Positions 8,280 through 15,595 of a DNA stretch of 22,478 nt are shown piece by piece. Within the stretch, counting starts at the first letter, position 1. Each line of letters begins with the position of its first letter. The translations under genes were made by a program, and so were the position numbers. Origin of the DNA: a virus (lineage: Duplodnaviria > Heunggongvirae > Uroviricota > Caudoviricetes); IMG/VR virus record IMGVR_UViG_3300021400_000025, positions 1 through 22,478 of that record. One strand, written 5' to 3'. The notes beneath the pieces are model-generated. The model saw only the letters and a program-made list of their open reading frames with translations. It ran no database searches and was not told the DNA's origin.

Positions 8280-9752
8280 TCAATTGCCCTCCTTGTTGAT
8301 TCTGTCCCTGATTTCAGCGAACGTGGTCTTGTTGAGCATCACGCCATCCTTGAACACGGTCTTGAGTTCCGAGGCGTTCTCGTTGAGCATGGTGTCATGT
8401 TCATCCGTCTCAAAGAGGTTGCCATCGCTGTCCCTCTGAACCCAGACGATTCCCTTGTGGCTCTTCTTCAACTTGCCGGTGTCCGTCTTCGGATCCTTGT
8501 AGATGAAGTGGAACTTGCCATTCACCACGCCAGCGCAGGACTTCATGGCCAATCCAAATGTGTCTCGCGTGTTCACAATCAGCTTTTCGTTGTCAAAGAT
8601 TCCCGTGAAGCAGAAGGCCCCCACGCCCAGAACCAAATTGTTTGCAGCATACTTGTGTTCTTCCATCCATTCCCAGATTCTGCGCACTGTGAACAATGTG
8701 CATCCATCTCCAAGGATGATTCGGATGTGATCGTTGAGGACACTATATCCCTTCGCGTTGTCATATCCACCAAAGGTTGCCCAAAGGTGATCCAACGTCT
8801 TGGTCACGGTCTCAAACTGGTCTCCAGAATCAGGGCGGATTAGCAAAGTCCCATTGTGCTTGAGGATTTCACCCTTGAGCGAAGGGATGATGTTGTCCAC
8901 CAGATTCCAATAGTCATAGGTGTCGCTCACCATGCTGAACGAGGTGTTGGGGTAGATTTCCGTCAGCATCCTCTTGATGAAGGTCACTTCGTCGCCGTCA
9001 ATGGCGTAGTTGCTTGCCATCACACTGTGTTCGGTGCTTACTGCGCCAACACCAATCTTGGTGTTGGAGACATCTGCATCATAATACTTGTCAATGTAGG
9101 GAAGGGCAGGGATTGTGCTTGTCTTGTTGAAGCAGGTGAGCCATGCAGCGGAGCATCTTGCCGCTTCGTTCGTGCAGCTCATTCCACGCATTCCAAAGTC
9201 CGACATTGCGTTCTTGGGGTCGCCATTGTCCACGGTCTTGTCGTAGAACTCCTTTGCCAGTTCCAGATACATCTTGGAGATTGTGGCATGGTTGCAGGTC
9301 TTCCAAAGTTCAGCCTGAAGGATGCATTCAATCCACTGGACGAGCCAAGCGAAGTTGTCGTTGGTGTTCGTGACCTCAATGCAGGGGATGCCCATGTTCA
9401 CCGAAGTGCCCTCTGGGATTGCGCGAATCTGAAGGGGAAGGTATCCAAGCCTGTGAAGGTCAATCACGCCCGACACGTCATACCCTCCTTGGGGCAACTG
9501 AACCTTCATGTACTTCTCGTACTCCTTCACCACATCGTTGATTTCGCGGTCAAAGAAGTTCTTCTTGAAGTAGTCAACAAGGAATTCCTGGATGAAAGCC
9601 TGAAGCCCAAAGAACACCATCTTGTCGCAGGTCTTCAACATGGACTTTCTCGGAGTCCAATACGAATAGAGTTTGGTCAATCCAGCGTTGTACTGGAGCC
9701 TGTGCGTTTGCTTATACGTGTCGCACAACAACATTGCGTTTGTGTCTATCAT
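8280..9752 (-). CDS. NAMPT/NadV-fold phosphoribosyltransferase (Namat-like), probably nicotinate-preferring
   Basis: DTYK, DFGMRG, STEHSVM (phospho-His site), VSDTYD, IRPDSGD, KDPKTD..KKSHKG motifs. FNKTSTIPA aligns to human NAMPT [9 protein letters not shown] with D219 replaced by Ser212. Confidence 0.92.
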   Translation of the reverse strand: MIDTNAMLLCDTYKQTHRLQYNAGLTKLYSYWTPRKSMLKTCDKMVFFGLQAFIQEFLVDYFKKNFFDREINDVVKEYEKYMKVQLPQGGYDVSGVIDLHRLGYLPLQIRAIPEGTSVNMGIPCIEVTNTNDNFAWLVQWIECILQAELWKTCNHATISKMYLELAKEFYDKTVDNGDPKNAMSDFGMRGMSCTNEAARCSAAWLTCFNKTSTIPALPYIDKYYDADVSNTKIGVGAVSTEHSVMASNYAIDGDEVTFIKRMLTEIYPNTSFSMVSDTYDYWNLVDNIIPSLKGEILKHNGTLLIRPDSGDQFETVTKTLDHLWATFGGYDNAKGYSVLNDHIRIILGDGCTLFTVRRIWEWMEEHKYAANNLVLGVGAFCFTGIFDNEKLIVNTRDTFGLAMKSCAGVVNGKFHFIYKDPKTDTGKLKKSHKGIVWVQRDSDGNLFETDEHDTMLNENASELKTVFKDGVMLNKTTFAEIRDRINKEGN

Positions 9753-9800
9753 GATTTTCCTCTCTTGCCAATTCCGGCTAGGTTTAGGGTTTAGTGTTTT

Positions 9801-9822
9801 CCACCAAGAATCCCCTTGGTGG
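9801..9822 (-). promoter_or_regulatory. 5' leader hairpin CCACCAAG-GGGATT-CTTGGTGG
   Basis: 8-bp perfect stem 10 nt downstream of TATAAT; same loop as 12332..12353. Confidence 0.7.
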
Positions 9823-9832
9823 CAACAATTTA

Positions 9833-9861
9833 ATTATACCATATTTGGTGTTGGATGTAAA
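9833..9861 (-). promoter_or_regulatory. sigma70-type (early) promoter for the NAMPT-like gene to nadE run
   Basis: TTTACA (9861-9856), 17 nt, TATAAT (9838-9833) with extended TG. Confidence 0.85.
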
Positions 9862-9880
9862 GGGGGTCTGATGAGTTTCC

Positions 9881-10360
9881 TCAATTCCCAATGGCGGAAA
9901 CAATGTCCTTCTTCATCTTCGCCACATCAAAGACGTATCTGGTATCGTCCTTGTCTCCATACACAGGGTCGCCCTCGTTGTTTCCATAGGCAGCTTTCTC
10001 TTCGTGGTTGTAGGCGTTGCCATCTTCTGGAACATGGGCGTGGATTTCTCCATCCTCCCCAATGTAGAGGACGAACACAAGTGGCAGCTCCCAATCTCCT
10101 CCAGCAGCAACCCAAAGCACAGGGAACGCAGAATCCCCTTCTCCCCCAAGCATCTCATATCCGTCAAGTTCCTCAAGTCCAGGAAGGTGGTTGAAGGAAT
10201 CTTCTGTGCCAAACTCCTCCAGGTTCTCGGTGTCAAATCTCACAACGGAAATATCATCGTCAGCAGGTGTCTCATACACTGCATAATAGATGTCATCATG
10301 CTTGCCAATGGCATTCTTCAAGTCCTCAATCGTCAAGTTCTTCTTCGCTTTCATGTTCAT
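9881..10360 (-). CDS. Acidic hypothetical protein (about 159 aa; start 10360 or 10354)
   Basis: AGGAGG RBS overlapping the upstream stop; core AGGDWELPLVFVLYIG...HVPEDGNAYN. Confidence 0.8.
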   Translation of the reverse strand: MNMKAKKNLTIEDLKNAIGKHDDIYYAVYETPADDDISVVRFDTENLEEFGTEDSFNHLPGLEELDGYEMLGGEGDSAFPVLWVAAGGDWELPLVFVLYIGEDGEIHAHVPEDGNAYNHEEKAAYGNNEGDPVYGDKDDTRYVFDVAKMKKDIVSAIGN

Positions 10361-10367
10361 GCCCTCC

Positions 10368-11207
10368 TTAGAATTCGTGGATGATCTTGATTTTCTCGTT
10401 TGCCTCTCCACGGAAGATGGAGTTGGTGGTATAGATGGTCTTGATGAGATCTCCCTGAATCAGCTTGCCCTTCTCCTTGTCAAGAACCGAGTTCTCAAGG
10501 TGGGTGACATAGCAGTTAATGTCGTTTGCCCCCTTGTCCTTCAACGCGCAGGCCGAGTGGTAGAATGTTCCACCATAGGCGCAAATGTCGTCAATCATCA
10601 TAACGTTCTTGCCCTTGAGGTCGTCGTAGCCGGCGATGTCGATTCCCAGAATCTTTCCGGTCTTCCAATCGCGCTTCTTGATGCCAAATGCAACCGGAAG
10701 TCCCAATGGGGCGAGGAGGTCGCTGTACCTCTTGCAAGCACCTTCGTCAGGGAAGTAGAGAACCACATCCCTATCAGTTGCAGCGAAGTGAAGAGCCATC
10801 TGGACATCCTCGGCCACGCAGTTGAAGTCCACATCTACGCGGTCGAACAACGCCTCGCTTACAGTGCTGTGGGGGTTGCAAATGGTGACGCCCTCGAATC
10901 CAAGCCAGTTGATTGTGTCAGCGAATGCCTTGAGGGTGAATACCTCGTCCGAGTTCTTCACCCTGTCCATTCGTGCGTTGGGGACATAGGGAAGGTTCAG
11001 CCAAATTCTGCACCTTGCCTTGCTCTTGAGGTGCTTTACGAGCGCGATGAGCTGAAACAACTCGGCGTCGTTGTCGTATAGCCAGGTGATTCTGTATGCC
11101 CCATCCACGAAAGTGGGGTTGTACTTGATGAGCTTCGTGCCATCAGGGAACATTGTGGGGGTGATTTCCACGGTGTTCTGGTTGTTCAAGTCTTCTACTT
11201 TAATCAT
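10368..11207 (-). CDS. Ribose-phosphate pyrophosphokinase-family protein, Adps (ADPR-PP synthase)-like
   Basis: FPDG, LPYVPNARMDRV, NPHS, FPDEGACKRY, KKRDWKTGKI, IDDICAYGGTF (non-canonical PRPP loop), YVTH; adjacent to the NAMPT-like gene. Confidence 0.9.
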   Translation of the reverse strand: MIKVEDLNNQNTVEITPTMFPDGTKLIKYNPTFVDGAYRITWLYDNDAELFQLIALVKHLKSKARCRIWLNLPYVPNARMDRVKNSDEVFTLKAFADTINWLGFEGVTICNPHSTVSEALFDRVDVDFNCVAEDVQMALHFAATDRDVVLYFPDEGACKRYSDLLAPLGLPVAFGIKKRDWKTGKILGIDIAGYDDLKGKNVMMIDDICAYGGTFYHSACALKDKGANDINCYVTHLENSVLDKEKGKLIQGDLIKTIYTTNSIFRGEANEKIKIIHEF

Positions 11208-11238
11208 AGAGATTTCCTCGTTTCATTGATTTGCCTAT

Positions 11239-11268
11239 ATTATATCATATTTTGGTTGATGTTGTCAA
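11239..11268 (-). promoter_or_regulatory. sigma70-type promoter for the Prs/Adps-like gene
   Basis: TTGACA (11268-11263), 18 nt, TATAAT (11244-11239) with extended TG. Confidence 0.85.
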
Positions 11269-11718
11269 TGTGGTTCGTTGGTTTTTATCACAATGGTTTT
11301 GAACGAACTAGAATATGGTGGTTATTGCATCGTCCGTGATGTTTGTTGTATGATCGTTGTCCTTTTGTACCACAAAATTTAATGTTTGGTTTAGTGTATT
11401 GAGTTTTGTGATGCGACAGCCATTGTCCATCAAATCCTGCAACACTTCAAATACCAATCCCGCATCAGTGGTTCCTTTTTGGTATATGACGAATTTGACG
11501 CAGAAGTTTTTTGTTATTCTGTTCACGCACATGTATTCACACCCCTTGAAATGCCTTTTGAATTTTTTAATCATTTTGGGCATGTCAAAGCCGCAATCCT
11601 CGTAGTCTTCAGGATACAACCAAAACTCCTTGCTAGTATCTATGTCAATCTCATTGGGATTTGTGAATTTTGGCAAGAAGTCAGTATACCAGTTCATGGT
11701 TTGTGCTACAGAAGTCAT
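11245..11718 (-). CDS. AT-rich hypothetical protein; ends at TAG 11308 (136 aa) or, if TAG is read, at TGA 11245 (157 aa)
   Basis: ATG at 11718 with AGGA upstream; first stop is TAG at 11310-11308; the frame then stays open for 20 codons to TGA. Confidence 0.65.
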
Positions 11719-11740
11719 GTTGCATTTCCTTTCTGTTAGT

Positions 11741-12295
11741 TCAAACCACTTCAATCTGGCACATACCCATCGTCTTTAATGCGGCTTCGTGGGTCTCTGG
11801 CGTGACCCCGGCAGTGCAATCCCTCAATACCTTGATGGTGCTGTTGGGGAAATGGGCGCGTAGCATGAGCGCGTTGCTGACCACGCAAATGTCCGTGCAA
11901 AAGCCAACAATCGTGAATTCGTAGTCGGTCTCAAAGGTTGTTATGCCATTCCATCTCAGGGTTGCAGCAAGGTGGTTCACCATCCAAGTCGAACCAAATG
12001 TGGGTTTTTCGTAGATTTCGGCATTCTGGATTGCCTTTGTTTTGCTCACCTCTTCAGGCATGTGCCATCCCCAAGTTCCCCTTATGCAGTGTTCAACAGG
12101 AAGTTTGCTCCCCTCAAGGGTATTCAGGTAGTTCTTATCGTGGGTGTCCATGGTCACATGGATTTCGTCATACTTTTCATTCTTGAGCAGTTTGACGATG
12201 TTGGGCAATGCCTTGATTGCCTCTTCGTTGCGCAACGCGCCTGTGATGAAGTCGTTCTGGACATCAATCACAATCAGTATCTTTTTCGTAGCCAT
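11741..12295 (-). CDS. pncA: Nicotinamidase (isochorismatase-family cysteine hydrolase)
   Basis: IVIDVQNDF, DTH, HCIRGTWGW, EKPTFGS, GFCTDICV (Asp-Lys-Cys triad and metal ligands); GGAGG RBS; NAD gene context. Confidence 0.88.
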   Translation of the reverse strand: MATKKILIVIDVQNDFITGALRNEEAIKALPNIVKLLKNEKYDEIHVTMDTHDKNYLNTLEGSKLPVEHCIRGTWGWHMPEEVSKTKAIQNAEIYEKPTFGSTWMVNHLAATLRWNGITTFETDYEFTIVGFCTDICVVSNALMLRAHFPNSTIKVLRDCTAGVTPETHEAALKTMGMCQIEVV

Positions 12296-12331
12296 TTTGG
12301 AAATTCCTCCAATGTTCTGGTTTTGCAGTTT

Positions 12332-12353
12332 CCCACCACAATCCCATGGTGGG
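12332..12353 (-). promoter_or_regulatory. 5' leader hairpin CCCACCAT-GGGATT-GTGGTGGG
   Basis: 8-bp stem with a closing U-G wobble that only pairs on the transcribed strand; same loop as 9801..9822. Confidence 0.7.
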
Positions 12354-12365
12354 CGTTTACAGATA

Positions 12366-12394
12366 ATTATACAACATCTTGGTGGAAATGTAAA
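12366..12394 (-). promoter_or_regulatory. sigma70-type promoter for pncA
   Basis: TTTACA (12394-12389), 17 nt, TATAAT (12371-12366); 13-nt ACCCCCTTTACAT identical to the promoter region at 9855-9867. Confidence 0.85.
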
Positions 12395-12560
12395 GGGGGT
12401 TTTCCATTCAACTACTTAACGGCTGAAGACCGTTGAGATTGAGGGTGATTAAGTTTTCCTCAAATTTTCTTGCTTCAATGTCGATGGTTTCATCTTGGAT
12501 GTTTGACATTCAAAATCAGAGCCTTCAACTCCACAAGCGTTAATTCCCGATGTTGCATCG
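12390..12560 (-). ncRNA. Predicted TnpB omegaRNA (scaffold overlapping the tnpB 3' end, guide about 12407-12390); boundaries approximate
   Basis: After the stop: AACGG-TCTTCAG-CCGTT hairpin then AAGTAGTTGA, resembling the hairpin plus GTAGTTCA-type right end of tnpB elements. The low-conservation C-terminal tail of TnpB fits scaffold overlap. Confidence 0.6.
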
Positions 12561-13708
12561 GTACTCAAAGTCTTGATGATGTCTCGTAGAGCGAAAGACT
12601 TGATGTTCTTCGCCGCATTGACATCTCTATCCAAAGTCATCCCACATTCAGGACATGCATATGTTCTATCGGTCAACTTCATATGTTGCCTATGACCACA
12701 ATTGGAGCAAATTTGCGTAGAGGGTTGGAATCGACCTATCTTCAATAGTCGTTTTCCTCTTCTTTTCAACTTGTAGCCCAACATGGACGTGAATGTGTAG
12801 TATGACAGGTCTGACACTTTCCTTCCCCATCGCTTCATCATTGCCTTTAAGTTCAAATCCTCTATGCAAATCGCCTTGACTTGGCTCTCGTCAGACAATT
12901 TGGTGGAGAGATTGTGCAGGAAATTATTGCGTTGGTTGGAAATGTGGTTGTGGCATTTCGCCACTTTCAGTCTTTGCTTTCCTCTATTATTGCTTCCTTT
13001 TTGCTTTCTTGAAAGTTTTCGTTGTTCCTTTGCAAGTTTGTCCAATGCCTACTTGAAATATTCTGGCGAGTCTATTTGTGTTCCATTGTCTAATGTCAAG
13101 AAGTGCTTCAAACCGAAATCAATGCCAATGGAGTTGTTTCTTGATATTTCAGAATCAGATACTATTGGCTTTTCAACTTCTGAAGTATGGACGATGAAAC
13201 TGACGAAATATTGACCACAGGCGTTCTTGGAAATGGTTGCTGTTCCAATTTTGCCCTGTTTCACTTTCCTTGAAAAGACGCATTTCAACCTGTTGTCTTC
13301 GTTCTTCTTGTTGAGGAACTTGGGTATTTGAATCTTCTTGTGCTTGAAGTCCAATTTCAATCCAGATGGAACTTCAAAAGATTGCTGATTATCATATTTT
13401 GACTTATATTTTGGGAATCCACCTTGATGTCTGAAGAACTTCTGATATGCCTTGTCAAGATGCCCAATTGTATTCTGTAACGTAGTTGCTCCAACTTCAT
13501 ACAGCCAAGGATTGTCCAACTTGAGCTGCTTGAAGTCATTTGAAGATGCTATGGACATCCAACCAAGATGTTTCTTGGATTGAGCATATTGTCTGGTGTT
13601 GTAGTCCAAAGCCCAGTTATAGACGAAACGTACAGAACCAAAGTGCTTTGCAAGAAGCACTTTTTGTTCTTCGTTTGGATATAATCTGAACTTGTAACTC
13701 TCAATCAT
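12449..13708 (-). CDS. tnpB: RNA-guided endonuclease TnpB, 419 aa with one in-frame TAG (13051-13049)
   Basis: YKFRLYPN...GSVRFVYNWAL HTH, GFPKYKSK, RuvC-I GIDFG, RuvC-II IEDL, CSNCG/CPECG, RuvC-III DRDVNAAKNI. The two track ORFs are in frame: SPEYFK-TAG-ALDKLAKEQRKLSRK. Confidence 0.93.
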
Positions 13709-13716
13709 GATAATAT

Positions 13717-13723
13717 TATTTAC
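13717..13723 (-). promoter_or_regulatory. Putative late promoter GTAAATA 8 nt upstream of the tnpB ATG
   Basis: Minus strand TGTGTAAATA-ATATTATC-ATG; the same TGTGTAAATA precedes the sheath gene. Confidence 0.65.
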
Positions 13724-13760
13724 ACAATTTCATAAGAAAATTTTGCTCTTATGAGAATAT

Positions 13761-13789
13761 TTTACAAAAATATTTTCAAGTGGTATAAT
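13761..13789 (+). promoter_or_regulatory. sigma70-type promoter pointing away from tnpB
   Basis: TTTACA (13761-13766), 17 nt, TATAAT (13784-13789) with extended TG; same class as the NAD gene promoters. Confidence 0.75.
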
Positions 13790-13795
13790 TACTTT

Positions 13796-13893
13796 GAAAG
13801 GAGATGGCGAATTCATCGCAAGGGCTAAAAAGAACCTTGCGTTTCCTTCGCCAAATATATATGAAAAACGACCACCAATCACTTGGTGGTCGT
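13796..13893 (+). ncRNA. Candidate structured small RNA
   Basis: Directly behind the promoter: TGGCGAA/TTCGCCA and CGCAAGG/CCTTGCG nested stems (13805-13853), then an 11-bp hairpin; no convincing CDS. Confidence 0.45.
13864..13893 (-). terminator. Intrinsic terminator for the gene ending at 13922
   Basis: Stem ACGACCACCAA-tcac-TTGGTGGTCGT running into TTTTT on the minus strand. Confidence 0.75.
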
Positions 13894-13921
13894 CTCTGGA
13901 TTCAGTCTGTCCTGGCAATCG

Positions 13922-14989
13922 TCAGACCAGCTATGTGTTGATCTTCAAGAATTGCTTGACATTCTGCTGGAAGTTGTTGTTCATCAAGGTCACATTGGAG
14001 TATGTGTTGGTTGCGTAGTCCTCATATGATGGTTCGTATTGATCCACGTCATCCTTGTTGAAATCCACCCATGACTCGGATGGGCAGTCCACATCATCGT
14101 TGAACAAATCATCTTCCTCGATTGGGTCGTCATCGAACAAGTCTGGAGACAGGGTTTCCGGCCTTATGGGTCTCCCTGGGTGGCATCCACAATCACAGTC
14201 TGGTCTGAGGAATGGGGGCATGACATTGTTGTGGGAGTAGTCGTCAATCGCGGTGGAACTTGGAAGTGCCACGAACATCGCTTTTTCCTCAGGGTTGTCA
14301 ATCTTCCTGAAGCATGGCATGTTGATTGTGAGAATCCTTGTGGGCGAACCATCTATCTGTGGAATGGAAATCGTGTCCAAGTGGTTTCCACTTTCGTCAA
14401 GCACCTCCAGATCGACAATTCTCCTTGTCCTTGGGCACTTCACGAGGATTGGACGATCCGCAGCCAGAACCTCCTTGCCATCAGCGGAGCAGAGCCTTGG
14501 ACATTCAATGTCTTCAAGAACGTCAGTCTCGTTGCTCTCGAATGGGATGAAGTTGAGGTATGTTTCATATGGGGTGAGTCCGATGAAGTTGCGCATGATG
14601 TTGGCGTCTGGGAACCTATACACATACTTGAGGGGCGAGAGGTCTCCTGGATACAGGAACACATCCCTGAAGTCGTAGTCTACATCCAGAATCCCATTTT
14701 TCAAGGTTATCACCGCTGGTCGGCAGTCATCGTCAAGCAGTATGAACCTATGGGCGTACAGATCGTTCGTCTCCAATTCGCTTGTCTTGACCCTTCCAGA
14801 GTTGATGGAGCCAGCAACCTTCAGTTGCTCGGTGGCGAAGAACCTCGTCCAGTCCCAGAACCTCTTGAGGACGTTCACCACCCAAGATTGCGTTGCCACG
14901 ACATTTGAAGAACTGCATGCTGTGGCAGATGAAGTTCCGCTTCCACCCTCGTCTTGGGTGGCAAGTCTTTTCTGTGCTTTGAATGCCAT
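13922..14989 (-). CDS. Hypothetical late/virion-associated protein (355 aa with TAG at 13933-13931 read; 352 aa otherwise)
   Basis: GAGG RBS; GTAAATA upstream; VATQSWV fibre-like motif; acidic tail; TAG-CTG-GTC-TGA at the end. Confidence 0.75.
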
Positions 14990-15030
14990 TGTATTTTCCT
15001 CTTTGCTTAAGGATTGTGCGTTTCACATTG

Positions 15031-15062
15031 TATTTACCAAGAAGAGATGAGAAAGGTAAATA
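15031..15062. promoter_or_regulatory. Back-to-back divergent late promoters
   Basis: TATTTAC (15031-15037), 18 nt, GTAAATA (15056-15062) between divergent genes. Confidence 0.7.
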
Positions 15063-15071
15063 CCCAATGTC

Positions 15072-15593
15072 ATGAAGAAGCCTGTTGAAATGGTGGGAAA
15101 ATGGGAGCTGGCAAAGGCGAAGAATGTCCTTGCCAGAACACTCTACATGGAGGCAAGGGGTGAAGGTTCAACTGGATTGAACATGGTGATGACCGTGATT
15201 TGGAACAGAGCAGGAAAGGGAATCATAGACCAGTTGGTTCCAGAATGCCTCATGCCATCGCAGTTTTCGTGCTGGAACGACAAGAAGGCTGTGGAGAAGA
15301 ATCCCGCCACGTATCAGATACAGTTTCCAGATTGCGTACAAGTGGGCAAGGGGGCTGACTTCAAGATGTGGAACGAGTGCGTCAGAATCGCAGAAAGCGC
15401 GTTCAATGGGACGTTCAAGCCAGTGAACGACAATTGGAACGCATACTACAACCCGAAGAAGTGCAGCCCATCATGGGCAAGCAAGTTGATTGGCGCGGAG
15501 ATCGTTGGGCATCACATAGTTGGCAGACTGAAGGATAGAACCCAACATGCGCTCAATCTTCTCCAAAAACAACAATAGAAGATTCCTGTTTGA
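15072..15593 (+). CDS. SleB/CwlJ-type cell wall hydrolase (Hydrolase_2 family); 173 aa with TAG 15576-15578 read
   Basis: LARTLYMEARGE (catalytic Glu), VIWNR, QFSCWN, YYNP...PSWA...GHH. Readthrough gives KQQ(Q)KIPV-TGA, ending 2 nt from the convergent gene. Confidence 0.85.
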
Positions 15594-15595
15594 AC

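Larger units (their letters stand above)
12408..13754 (-). mobile_element. Solo-tnpB (IS1341-like, IS200/IS605 or IS607 derived) element without transposase; left boundary uncertain
   Basis: tnpB CDS, right-end hairpin near 12418-12434, upstream inverted repeat TCATAAGA...TCTTATGA (13730-13754); no tnpA in the window. Confidence 0.6.

Noticed and set aside
9779-9795. Telomere-like TAGGTTTAGGGTTTAG
   Set aside because: Only about two units inside an A/C-rich 5' leader; chance-level.
8244-11081. Long plus-strand ORFs (8244..8843, 8856..9794, 10290..11081; likewise 6677..7420, 14180..14908, 15590..16282, 3016..3675)
   Set aside because: Shadow ORFs opposite or overlapping well-supported genes, explained by codon bias; no recognisable motifs.
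6578-12295. NARP2 (NAMPT plus NMN adenylyltransferase) assignment
   Set aside because: No HxGH-type adenylyltransferase in the window, and pncA, nadE and Ser212 point away from an NMN route; cannot be excluded for the rest of the genome.
12449-13708. Nuclease-dead TnpB (TldR-type repressor) or Cas12f
   Set aside because: RuvC D, E and D are all present, there is no CRISPR array, and the 3' end looks like a tnpB element end.
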